A stretch of DNA of 63,890 nucleotides, the filler included, from Myxococcota bacterium (GTDB taxonomy: Bacteria; Myxococcota_C; UBA6777): NCBI GenBank assembly GCA_023150835.1. It is 3 parts of 3 records of this genome, joined end to end, with 100 filler letters (N's around TTAATTAATTAA, not from the genome) between each part and the next. Parts side by side here need not be neighbours in the genome. Positions count along the whole stretch, not along the records: positions 25,982 to 51,840 come from JAKLKB010000096.1; 2 more parts are not named here. The stretch is one strand, 5' to 3'. Both the position numbers and the translations under genes were made by a program. Numbering within the stretch: the first letter of the stretch is position 1; each line of letters starts with the position of its first letter. Shown one piece after another: positions 38,780 to 48,306 of the stretch. The notes beneath the pieces are model-generated. The model ran no database searches, was not told the DNA's origin, and saw only the letters and a program-made list of their open reading frames with translations.

Positions 38780-41594
38780 ACGCTCAAAGTCCAAAGCCGT
38801 CGCATCACTCGACTTTGCTTTTTTTCAAGCGCTGTGGTTTTTCTATCAAGACAACCGTGGAACCATTCGGAAACACTACAAAGAACTCACGAAAAAGTTT
38901 TTGGATTTTAACAATCCTGAAAGAAATCCGAAGGCATTTCTTCGGCAACCGCAATTCGAAGCACTTGAGATCTATATCTTTCTGAAAGAGTTTCTTGATA
39001 ATGCCAAAATAGAAGAGATACTTCATCAATGGTTTGAGAAAAAAGGCTCATTCGCAGAGCGCAAGGAAGGCGGTATTGCATCGAATCAAGGAAGCTTCTT
39101 CGATTTTGTAAATCGGGAACAATATGAAGCGGTGTTTGCTGCGATGCGTAAAAACTCTCGCACATACCCAAACTACATCTTCGCGCTGACGATGGGAACG
39201 GGTAAAACCATCTTGATGGCGACCTGCATTTTCTATGAGTTTCTTTTGGGAAATAAGTTCAGCAAAGATACACGTTATTGCCACAATGCTTTGGTGTTTG
39301 CACCAGACAAAACGGTGCTTCAGTCTCTAAAAGAAATCGAATCCTTCGATCTGACTCGCGTTGTGCCACCTGAATACGTGAACTTCCTCACTTCTCATCT
39401 GCGCTTTCATTATCTCGAAGATGCCGGAACTTCGCTGGATACGTTAGATCATTCTCGCTTCAATATCATCGTTTCCAACACCCAAAAGATCATCCTCAAG
39501 CGTCGCCACAAAGACAAAACGGCTACGGATAAACTGTTTGGCGCGACGGGCGAGATACTGGCAACGGGTGTTTATGCCGATGCAGCCGATCTCTATAACC
39601 TCGATCAGCCCGAAGAAGAGGGAGAACTGACAACAAACCAACGCTTCGAAAAGCTGCGCCGTTTGGAACAGCTTGGTATTTATGTGGACGAGGCCCACCA
39701 CGCCTTCGGAAAAGCTCTTGCCAAAGATATGGGCGTGGGGGCAAAGGATACGGATACGAGTCTACGCACAACCATCGACACCCTCGCTGCGAGCCTCAAC
39801 AAATCGGGTACGCGTGTCGTCGCTTGCTACAACTACACTGGAACGCCTTACGTGGGCCGCGAAGTCCTACCGGAAGTGGTCTATGCTTATGGACTCAAAG
39901 AAGCCATCGAAAAGGGGTTTCTTAAGAAAGTGATGTTGCATGGCTACACCAACCCCCGAACCAACGAGTTTGTCGATATCGCCATCGAAACCTTCTTAAA
40001 AGAATCTCCGACAACTCCGCCCGAAGGGTTGCTACCGAAGCTGGCCTTTTTTGCATCCACCATCGAAGAACTGACGGAGGAACTCAAACCAGCCGTAGAG
40101 CGGGCGCTTGTGAAGCACAACATCCCAACGTCGCGCATTTTGGTGAACGTTGGGGACGATAAGATCACAAAAAACGATGATTTAAGAGAGTTCTACCGTT
40201 TGGATCAGCCAGATTCGGAAAAGCAATTCATTCTTTTGGTCAACAAAGGCCGCGAAGGTTGGAATTGTCGCTCTTTGTTCGGTGTTGGACTGTTCCGCGA
40301 ACCCAAATCAAAGGTGTTTGTGCTTCAAGCGACGATGCGTTGCCTACGATCCATTGGACAGGCTCAATACACCGGCCACGTCTTCCTTTCCGAAAGCAAC
40401 CTCAACATACTCAACGATGAGCTTCAACAGAACTTCCACATCAGCGCGGATGAGCTACAAACGGTTGCGAGCGACAAAGTACGTGTCCAAGTCCGCGTGA
40501 CGGAACCTACCGTCAAGATCAAGTTGGTGCGGGTACGCAAGCGTTACGAGATCAAAGAGAAACGGCTCACAGCAGGGCAAGCGTTGGGTCTTGATCGTTC
40601 AAACAAAGAGGCTTGGAAAGCCCTCGTTGAAAAGTACCTTTTTCTTGAGATACAGCAGGCGGGGTTGACCGCTGCGGATGCCGCTCGATCTCGATCCAGC
40701 CGAACCTTCGACTTGACCGAGCGCCGCGAAAAGCGAACATTCTCACGGATGACGCTTGTGGCCGAGATCGCTCGCTATCTGAACCGAAGCCCGTTGGAGA
40801 TCGAAGATCTGCTGGACAAAACGAAGGAAGGGACGGAGGAATTGGTCGCGATGGTCAACGAGTACAACGAGTTGTTGTACGACGAGGTGATCCCGCGCTT
40901 GTTTCACCAACTGTATGATCTTATCGAGGAACAACAAAAAGAAGAACACGAAGTCGATCTGGTCAAAAGCCCCCCAAACGGCTATTACGAGGTGACAGCG
41001 GCCAGAGACAAGATTGTTTACAGGGATATCTTTGCTCTTTCTCGTGAAGAGCGCGCAAAACTCTTACCGAACGGCGAGTACGCGGCGACGGCTGCTGAGG
41101 GCGATACCGCGTACCTAAAAAACTTGGAGATCATCGATCAAGAGCGCGAAAAAAGTTTTCACCTCGATCCTTACTGCTTTGATTCAGGTTCGGAAAAGTC
41201 GCTTTTCTTGGATTTATTGCGCGAGCAGCGTGTGAAGAAGATCTACTTTACCGGGATGTTAACTCACGGCCAATCAGACTTTTTTATTCAGTACATCGAT
41301 CCAGACTCGAATACGGTGCGTAGCTACTATCCAGACTTTATCTTCCAACGTGAAGAAGAAGATGGAAGCCACAAGTACGTCCTTGTGGAAGTGAAAGCCG
41401 ACAACCAGATCGAAAAAGCCGTGGTACAGGCAAAGAAGTCTTTTGCGCAGCAGATCGCGGTGGCAAGCGGCATGGAGTATCAGATCCTTAAATCTACCGA
41501 TGCGGATAAAAAAGCCTACCAAAGCCTTCTTTCGCCACCCACAGAGGACTCTCCACAGGGAAGCGGTCACTCCAAGCCTGACTTATTCTCTTGA
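38772..41594 (+). CDS. res: Type III R-M restriction subunit (DEAH helicase + PD-(D/E)XK)
   Basis: MGTGKT, DEAHH, TGTP, REGW, QATMRCLR, YYPDF...VEVK. Confidence 0.88.
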   Translation: MAKRSKSKAVASLDFAFFQALWFFYQDNRGTIRKHYKELTKKFLDFNNPERNPKAFLRQPQFEALEIYIFLKEFLDNAKIEEILHQWFEKKGSFAERKEGGIASNQGSFFDFVNREQYEAVFAAMRKNSRTYPNYIFALTMGTGKTILMATCIFYEFLLGNKFSKDTRYCHNALVFAPDKTVLQSLKEIESFDLTRVVPPEYVNFLTSHLRFHYLEDAGTSLDTLDHSRFNIIVSNTQKIILKRRHKDKTATDKLFGATGEILATGVYADAADLYNLDQPEEEGELTTNQRFEKLRRLEQLGIYVDEAHHAFGKALAKDMGVGAKDTDTSLRTTIDTLAASLNKSGTRVVACYNYTGTPYVGREVLPEVVYAYGLKEAIEKGFLKKVMLHGYTNPRTNEFVDIAIETFLKESPTTPPEGLLPKLAFFASTIEELTEELKPAVERALVKHNIPTSRILVNVGDDKITKNDDLREFYRLDQPDSEKQFILLVNKGREGWNCRSLFGVGLFREPKSKVFVLQATMRCLRSIGQAQYTGHVFLSESNLNILNDELQQNFHISADELQTVASDKVRVQVRVTEPTVKIKLVRVRKRYEIKEKRLTAGQALGLDRSNKEAWKALVEKYLFLEIQQAGLTAADAARSRSSRTFDLTERREKRTFSRMTLVAEIARYLNRSPLEIEDLLDKTKEGTEELVAMVNEYNELLYDEVIPRLFHQLYDLIEEQQKEEHEVDLVKSPPNGYYEVTAARDKIVYRDIFALSREERAKLLPNGEYAATAAEGDTAYLKNLEIIDQEREKSFHLDPYCFDSGSEKSLFLDLLREQRVKKIYFTGMLTHGQSDFFIQYIDPDSNTVRSYYPDFIFQREEEDGSHKYVLVEVKADNQIEKAVVQAKKSFAQQIAVASGMEYQILKSTDADKKAYQSLLSPPTEDSPQGSGHSKPDLFS

Positions 41595-42240
41595 TAGCGG
41601 CGGTCGGTCGAACGCGCGATAACAAGAAGATCGAACACCCGAAAGATTCGATGTGTTTTTCTCCTCCGTTCGACTGGTGGATCATAGTCGCCCTTCTTAT
41701 GAGCAATGATTCGAGATTGGAAGGTTGACAGGTATGCCATGGGGCTATCGGTTACGGAAGAGAAAAAAAGGGCGCTTATCGAAACAGGGTCAATTATGAA
41801 GCTTTTGGGTGTGGTGGAGGAACAAACTTTGTGGATCGTCTCTCAGCAGAGGATACAAACGAGGGGAATCTAGATGCTTCGTTGAAATCTATGCTCATTA
41901 CTACCTACGAGAAGCAAGATCTTCATGGGTTTTTCTTTTTAGGAAGTCAGTATCCTAAATCACGTAAACTTGTGGAAGAAGTATGGAAGCAAGAAACCCA
42001 CCAAACATGGGCGAAAGACTTAACTTTTGTTTGTGGAAGCTGGTTAAGCCGCTTGCGACATCAAGCCTTGCAGATGAAAATTTTCCCTCAAGAAGTTGAG
42101 CAAATCAAAAAATTAAAAATTGTTTCAGAGAAAAAACTCATGGACTATCTCGCGGATCTTATCTTGTTGAAAGATACGAGTACAGGTGGTTTTACACCAA
42201 CGATGATGGAAGAAAATAAAAATATGATATTTTGGTAGTC

Positions 42241-42670
42241 TTAAGCATGTAATGATGCGTTGTAATGATGGATGAAAAGCCAGAGAGCACCGAGATGATT
42301 CTCGAATTTCTTGGAGAAAGAAAGTGTTTTTCGAACAAGTCTTGCGACCCTCTGGCGAAGCGTACAGTTCCATCGTTCGATACCATTGGTCTTTCCGCTG
42401 TCTTTGCCAACAGCGTGGTGTCTTTGTGAGGGTAAGACTTGTTTGTAAGCTTCCCAAAAATCCGTATGGCAGACGGCGCGCTCACGATAACTTTCTGGTA
42501 AAGAGTCCCAAAGTGCCTGAGCGCTTGTGCGGCTTCGATCTCCGACGTGCATCCCGACGATTTCCTTGGAGTCTGCGTCGAATGCCAGCCAAATCCATTG
42601 TTTGTTCTCCTTGTTTTGCACAAACGACCAAGCCTCGTCGAGTTGGAGCCTTAGCGGGCCGTTTTTTTTT
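42241..42670 (-). CDS. insB: IS1 InsB (DDE; reached by frameshift)
   Basis: LDEAWSFV, TDFWEAY, IERWNCTLRQR, RKTLSFSK. Confidence 0.9.
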
Positions 42671-42950
42671 CCGCGATCGCGGCTTGCTTCGGCACTTCTT
42701 TGAAGACGCGGTTGACGTAACGTTGAACCCAAACATCCGAGATGCCTGTCACGCGGGCGATACCGGCCATCGGAACTCTTTCCAAGAGCAGCTTGTCGAC
42801 AAGTGCCCATGTTTCGGATGGAATTCTTTTGACGGTCGGGTTCTCGATAAACTGCCGCCCGCAAGAACGGCAAAGATAGCGCTGTTTACCGTTGTGAATC
42901 TTACCGTTCCGCACGATGGTCGTTCCGTTGCACTCTGGACAGTTTGGCAT
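42651..42950 (-). CDS. insA: IS1 InsA (Zn ribbon + HTH)
   Basis: CPEC...RNG...QRYLCRSCGRQF; A9C slippery site at 42661-42670. Confidence 0.9.
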   Translation of the reverse strand: MPNCPECNGTTIVRNGKIHNGKQRYLCRSCGRQFIENPTVKRIPSETWALVDKLLLERVPMAGIARVTGISDVWVQRYVNRVFKEVPKQAAIAEKKTAR

Positions 42951-43760
42951 CTTTCCTCCTTGCCTCTTGGCTTACAAAGGAGGCATTCTACACCATCATT
43001 ACAGATTGGTCACTACCATATTTTATAGAATAAGTGGGAACGAAAAAATGAAAGCTATGAATCGATACGAACAAGCAAGAGAATGTGATTCCAGAGGGGA
43101 CTACGAAACAGCAGCCCTACATATGAAGCGCGCAATAGAACTTCAGCCTGAAAATGCAACATTTCATTACCTCTACGGGGCTTATTTAGGACATTTATGT
43201 AAAAATGCAAGGGGCCTCCGACAAGAAGAACTTTTGATTGAGGCTATCCAAGAATGTGAAATTGCGGCGAATCTACCAGAAGGTACAGGCGTCGAACCAG
43301 ATAAGCCGCATGTCGAACCCGGAATTATTCTCGCAAACATCGGTCGCTATGAAGAAGCCGTACGTTATCTAGAAAGTATCGAAAAGAAGACTGGAAAAAC
43401 TCCTTGGTTCATGCTCTCGCTTGGCGGAGCGCGTTACTTACTTGAAGACTTTGCAGGAGCTTGGGATTGCTTGCAAATGGCGATAAAGTTCTTCACAGAC
43501 GACGCTATCGCTCTGGAGAGGGCGGGTCACTGCTGTTTTGAGTTGGGATTAAAGAAAGAAGGAGCCGAATTTCTAAAACGCGCTAACTTCTTGGGACAAT
43601 CAAGAGTATATGATTTTTGGCAAGCAGGTGGGTTCAAAACGGCTCTCATACAAACGAAACGATGAAACCCAGCTTCCACAGGGGGTGATCGACAAGAAGA
43701 GGATTTTTTGGTAGGGTAGCCGCTTCGTTTGTCAAGGAAAGAGAAGAACGAGGCAAGAAG

Positions 43761-44018
43761 GTGGGCTATCGGACAAAAAAGTTGGAGCATCTAGAGATTG
43801 TGGCAAGGATCTGCGAACGAATTCAGCTTGTTGAGCAGATCGACTCTTTCTTCCCTGAAAAAGACAGGAAAGTCTCTGTGGGCTTGGTTGTCAAAGCCAT
43901 GCTCTTGAATGCTTTGGGCTTTTCCTCTCCCCTCTTTACCTCTCCTCCGAGTTCTTTGAGAACAAACCTGTGGAAACTCTTTTGGGCCAAGGACTTGAAG
44001 CCTCCGATCTCAGATTGA
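43761..44018 (+). pseudogene. IS1634/DUF4277-type transposase N-terminal remnant
   Basis: LEHLEIVARIC...VKAMLLNALGF, then frameshifted PLYLSSEFFENKPVETLLG; truncated. Confidence 0.75.
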
Positions 44019-44343
44019 GAGTTTGGCCCGTCAATCCGCTCGCGCTCTTACAGTATGCTCGCCACGACGTGTACGCCACATACCAAAAAAGTGTCACCAT
44101 GCCACTTTTTTGTCAACCAAAGCAGGCCAGCCGATATGACGTGAGAACGTCGTAAAAGGCGACCAAACTGTAATTGGCATGAGCGCCCATCGTGGATGAT
44201 CGATCACGCATAAACGATCTCCCCGTCTGCTCATTCTGCAACAACGCCCCACAATACGCACAACACGACCCCACAAAAAACTGCAAACGCTCCCCCCCGC
44301 CACACGCGGCCTCCTGATTGTAACGCAACGACAGGAGCAACCG

Positions 44344-45615
44344 ATGTCCCTCAAAGGCAAATCGAACCAAGGGGAACTCCCCATCAAGGCCCAAAGCAAT
44401 CCAACCCCAGTGACGGGCTACTTTGTCAATGGCGAATCGCACCGCTCCGTGTCTATCGATTCTCTCACCCCAAACAAGGGGAAGAACATGAACAGCGGAA
44501 CGGGTAAAAAGCCCCCATCCAAGCCATCAACCAAGCCCACAAAATCCCCAAGCAAGGGCTACAAGTCCAATCCAGACGGCGATGCCTCTTCTGGCTTCAC
44601 GGTGAAGATCAAAGAGTCCATGCAGAACATCAAGGACTTCGCCAAGTCACTCGAACCCGCCAAGCGCGGGCGAAAGCAGGGACGAATTGCAGAAGCGGCC
44701 CAAGAGACGCTTTCATCCACGGAGAAGTTTCTCAAGAAAACGGCTTCTCTCGCGGGTGGAAACGCCGAAAAGATGGCCAAAGAAGTGCAAGCATATACCG
44801 AAGATCTCAAGTCCTTTATGAAAAAGTCCATCGCTGCCGCCAAAGACACCCCAGAAAAACAACTCGCTGAGTGTAAAGAGCAGCTCAAGTCCTGCGACTC
44901 TGGTTCTTCGGTAGAAGGAGTTGGCAAATCGACAGGCTCCAAAGATGTGGACGGTCTCGTTTTGAAGATCGGCGACAGCGTGATCCGCTCCGATGACGCC
45001 CGATACCGAAACAACTACGGCACAGTGATCGGTGTGGCCAAAAATGAGCGCGTGATCGTTCGTTGGTCGGACAAGGCGATCACCAACCACAAGGCCCACC
45101 AAAGCCTCCGCCGTGCGGCTCCCTACAAGTCCAACCCCAATAGCGCTTGGGGCGAGATGTTCAAGCAAGTAGGCGCTGGACTCGGCTCCTTCTCCTTGGC
45201 CGGTTTGATGCACGCAGGATTGCGCGCACTCTTCGATAAGTTCGCGCCGCAGATGATCCAAAATTACGAAGGCATCGTGGATACAGGCATCAGCCTCGTC
45301 TCCATCGGTGGGACGGGCGCTATCGCACTTCATCCCAAACTTGAACAGGTTCGCCCCGGTTTCTGGTCATTCTTGGCCTTGCGTTTTATCAACCATGCTG
45401 GGCGGCATCTTCCCAAGAACCTGCCACCCGCCTATCCGCAACTTCTCGGTGCCGGGGCAACCTCTACGCTCGACGGCCTCATCGATCTCGACGGTGTTCT
45501 GGGTGGTTCCGAGGTGGTGGTGGATGTATTTGACCCAAGCGGACACCTCCCTTTACCAAGACCTTCTCGACGCTCTCTCGCTCCCCAAGATTGGGAACGA
45601 CGGGCGCTTCTCTAG
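44344..45615 (+). CDS. Putative virion membrane-associated protein
   Basis: AGGAG RBS; basic N-terminus, repeated (K/Q)SNP, Gly-rich hydrophobic helices, GLIDLDG; first gene of the late operon. Confidence 0.6.
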   Translation: MSLKGKSNQGELPIKAQSNPTPVTGYFVNGESHRSVSIDSLTPNKGKNMNSGTGKKPPSKPSTKPTKSPSKGYKSNPDGDASSGFTVKIKESMQNIKDFAKSLEPAKRGRKQGRIAEAAQETLSSTEKFLKKTASLAGGNAEKMAKEVQAYTEDLKSFMKKSIAAAKDTPEKQLAECKEQLKSCDSGSSVEGVGKSTGSKDVDGLVLKIGDSVIRSDDARYRNNYGTVIGVAKNERVIVRWSDKAITNHKAHQSLRRAAPYKSNPNSAWGEMFKQVGAGLGSFSLAGLMHAGLRALFDKFAPQMIQNYEGIVDTGISLVSIGGTGAIALHPKLEQVRPGFWSFLALRFINHAGRHLPKNLPPAYPQLLGAGATSTLDGLIDLDGVLGGSEVVVDVFDPSGHLPLPRPSRRSLAPQDWERRALL

Positions 45616-45664
45616 CCTGCGCGGTGCGTAAACAACGCCAAAACGAGACAAGGAAACGACGACG

Positions 45665-46684
45665 ATGGCAAATAAAAAACAACCCCGCGCTGAAGAAACA
45701 CCTCAAATGCCGCAAGAACATAGCAACACCAAGAAGTTTTTCGCAGCCCTTGGCGGTCTTTTGCTGGGTCAAGTCACAGGCGCGGTCGCTGCACAAGCCT
45801 CCACCAAGTGGGGGAGCCTCTTTTCGACGGTCGCAAGCGGTCTCGTCGGTGGAGAGGGCGCTGCAGTGGCCAACCGCAACGGCAATCCGCTTGGACACGC
45901 CGCAGGCTTCGGGATGATGGGAAGCGCGATCCTCAACGGACTCAAGGCACTCTTGGGCCTGAGCAAGAACAACATGTTACGCGATGTCGGCTCTTTGGAG
46001 CGAGCAGTACAAACCGCCCCAAGCACAACATCCACCACGACAAACGCCGCGAATGCTGCGAACACAACAGGCACAACGCCCGCTGCTCTTCCTAGCGGCC
46101 AAGGCGCAGCCACGACACCGCCCGCAAGTGGCGGCGTCAAAGAGCCTCCATCGTCTGCCCAAACAACAGGTGCAGCGCCCGCCAAGAAGACGCTTGAAGT
46201 CAAAGCATACGTTGAAGGCGAAACGATGCGATTCAAGACGCCGGGCGGATTCGTGCAAGAAAACGTGATCGAGATCCAAGAGGACGGATGGATCGCCACC
46301 AAAACGGGCAATGATATCCACCTCCTGATCGACAAGGAGCGCATGGCTTGGAAGGCCGAGGACGGCATGGTCATCCTCAAAGGACACGCCATCTACAACA
46401 TCGAGTTTGCCAGCGACGAAGAGAAAAAAGTGGGCGTCGAAAAACCCTTCTACTTCTTCGACGACAGCCAAGGCGTGAGCGGATTCATCGACTTGGACGA
46501 CGGCATCAGCGGATTCATCGACTTAAACGACGGCATCAGCGGCCTTGTGGATCTCGATAGCGGTGAGATGAGCGGCCTTGTGGATCTCGATAGCGGCGAT
46601 GTCGGCGGATTGATCGAATTGAACGACGATCCTCTCGATGGCTACGCAGATCCTTATGACGATGACGAAGAATACGACGATTAA
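45665..46684 (+). CDS. Putative virion membrane protein with acidic C-terminal repeats
   Basis: Gly/Ala-rich helices, T/A/P linker, five xxG(F/L)(I/V)(D/E)L(D/N) repeats. Confidence 0.65.
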   Translation: MANKKQPRAEETPQMPQEHSNTKKFFAALGGLLLGQVTGAVAAQASTKWGSLFSTVASGLVGGEGAAVANRNGNPLGHAAGFGMMGSAILNGLKALLGLSKNNMLRDVGSLERAVQTAPSTTSTTTNAANAANTTGTTPAALPSGQGAATTPPASGGVKEPPSSAQTTGAAPAKKTLEVKAYVEGETMRFKTPGGFVQENVIEIQEDGWIATKTGNDIHLLIDKERMAWKAEDGMVILKGHAIYNIEFASDEEKKVGVEKPFYFFDDSQGVSGFIDLDDGISGFIDLNDGISGLVDLDSGEMSGLVDLDSGDVGGLIELNDDPLDGYADPYDDDEEYDD

Positions 46685-46690
46685 GCGAAG

Positions 46691-46748
46691 TTTCGCACAA
46701 ATATAAACTTGGCTTTCGTACAAGCATAAACTTGGCTTTCGCACAAGT
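46691..46748 (+). repeat. 23-bp period direct repeat upstream of the putative capsid gene
   Basis: ataaacttggctttcgyacaag x2; core tttcgyacaa at 46691, 46714, 46737. Confidence 0.85.
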
Positions 46749-46807
46749 AAGCAGAAAGCCTTCCAACGGTCGGCAATATGCCCAAAGACCAAAAGGAAAA
46801 AAGGCCC

Positions 46808-47497
46808 ATGACCCAGAAGATTACCCAAGCCCACAGCGGCAACCGCATCAAGAACCGCAGCCCTCAAAGTCCCCGTGGTGTTGCGATGGTGGAAGACATC
46901 ATCCTCCGCGACACTCCCCTCTACCAAGACAAAGGCGAGACCGAGGTGGGTACGGGCCTTGTCTTATTCAAAAACCAAGATCGCATTGGCGAATCCAAGC
47001 AGTTTCTCTGCAATCTCGAAGAAGCTGGCAAAGTCCCTTCGGGTCACGACTTGGAAGTGCGCGAACTCTCGTGTTATCTGAACTTCCGCGACGACTTCCC
47101 TCTCGTCGATGACGTACCTACCCCAACAGCAGGCAAAGCCACATCCGAAGAACTCTACGATCTCGTGATGAACTGCGGTTACATCAAGATCACGAAAGCG
47201 GGCAAGTTGACGGTCGCCGAGATCCCCATGCGTCTGATCCCTCAAATCAACGGCGTGATCGGCTCGGCGGGTGCTGCGGGTGAAGCGAAGTACACCAACG
47301 GTCGCGGCAAACTCAAGCTCAAAGAACCCATCGAACTCAAAGCGGGCGAGACTTTCGAGGTCGTTTTCAAATTCTTCGACGAAGACAATGGTGCGGGATA
47401 CACCCCCAGCACCCGCTTCGATGCGGCGGATGAAGTCGTGAAAAACTTCAGCTTCCACATGCACTGTGTCCGTGTTGCTGAGCCTGTGATCGGCTGA
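46808..47497 (+). CDS. Putative single jelly-roll major capsid protein
   Basis: 229 aa, beta-rich; PLYQD...LF...NLEEAGKVP...LEV, EIPMRLIP, EPIELKAGETFEVVFKF, terminal beta-strand; recognised by pattern only. Confidence 0.55.
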   Translation: MTQKITQAHSGNRIKNRSPQSPRGVAMVEDIILRDTPLYQDKGETEVGTGLVLFKNQDRIGESKQFLCNLEEAGKVPSGHDLEVRELSCYLNFRDDFPLVDDVPTPTAGKATSEELYDLVMNCGYIKITKAGKLTVAEIPMRLIPQINGVIGSAGAAGEAKYTNGRGKLKLKEPIELKAGETFEVVFKFFDEDNGAGYTPSTRFDAADEVVKNFSFHMHCVRVAEPVIG

Positions 47498-47627
47498 TCC
47501 CATCTCGACGTGAATAACCGCGAGGGGCAGGGAGCCTGTATCTCTGGCCCTCATCCTGCCTTCTGCTCGTCCCGCCCCCTCGCTCATACATCGAAAAATC
47601 CCGTCCTTCGGGCCATAGGAAAAAGAG

Positions 47628-48305
47628 ATGAGCGATCAAAAAATCACCCTCCAAGAATTGCGTCAAATGCAACGCGAACTGGCTGAATTGAAAAAGTCAG
47701 TGTCCCAAGAAAGACCCGCCCACCAAGTGATCTCCATCGGTCGATTGGGGCGCGAGTTGTTTCCGAGACACTTCGTGCGCGAGTCGACTCTGTCAGCCAC
47801 ACTCAAGGCGGGCAAAGAAAACGAATTCTTTGGGGACACAGAAGCCGAAGTCAGCGCAGAGATCGACATCCCATCCAACGAACACTTGTTTCTGTGGGGG
47901 GTTGGATTTGGCCAATGGAAAAGTGCTGAAGATCCGAACGTCGGGCTGCGAAATACATGGCTTCCGTTGAGCGGCGAGGATGTCTCGCTGTATCCGCACA
48001 CCACGCCCGAAACGGAGATCGATTGGCGCTATACAGGCCGCGATTTTGAATGGGCAATGTCGGAAAATGCGGGTAAAGCAAACCTTCAAAACAGTTGGAG
48101 GCCAAGCTCCGATGTCAAGGGGCCATACGGCTACATTTTGGCCGAAGAGATGTTTTTGAAATCCGGTACGAAATTCGTTGTGAAGGCCCGCCCGCTGGGT
48201 TCGATCAATATGTGGCTTCCCGATGGAACGCAGCAAAACTACACGCTCAATGTGTATCTGCGCTGCTACGAGATGGTCAAACCACTCAACAAGCGGGGGG
48301 TTTGA
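47628..48305 (+). CDS. Second putative jelly-roll capsid protein
   Basis: IPSNEHLFLWGV and EEMFLKSGTKFVVKA...LNVYLRCY parallel the previous gene. Confidence 0.45.
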   Translation: MSDQKITLQELRQMQRELAELKKSVSQERPAHQVISIGRLGRELFPRHFVRESTLSATLKAGKENEFFGDTEAEVSAEIDIPSNEHLFLWGVGFGQWKSAEDPNVGLRNTWLPLSGEDVSLYPHTTPETEIDWRYTGRDFEWAMSENAGKANLQNSWRPSSDVKGPYGYILAEEMFLKSGTKFVVKARPLGSINMWLPDGTQQNYTLNVYLRCYEMVKPLNKRGV

Positions 48306-48306
48306 G

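Larger units (their letters stand above)
42234..43017 (-). mobile_element. IS1-family insertion sequence
   Basis: Imperfect 24-bp IRs ggtagt...tgtaatgatg; flanking duplication atatttt (42227-42233, 43018-43024). Confidence 0.93.
41831..43665 (+). pseudogene. TPR-containing gene split by IS1
   Basis: Removing IS1 and one target copy restores the frame NMIF-YRISGNEKMKAMNRYEQ; C-terminal TPRs (43049-43665 may still be expressed). Confidence 0.75.

Noticed and set aside
44900-44945. EGVGKST as Walker A of a packaging ATPase
   Set aside because: No leading Gly/Ala, no preceding hydrophobic strand and no Walker B
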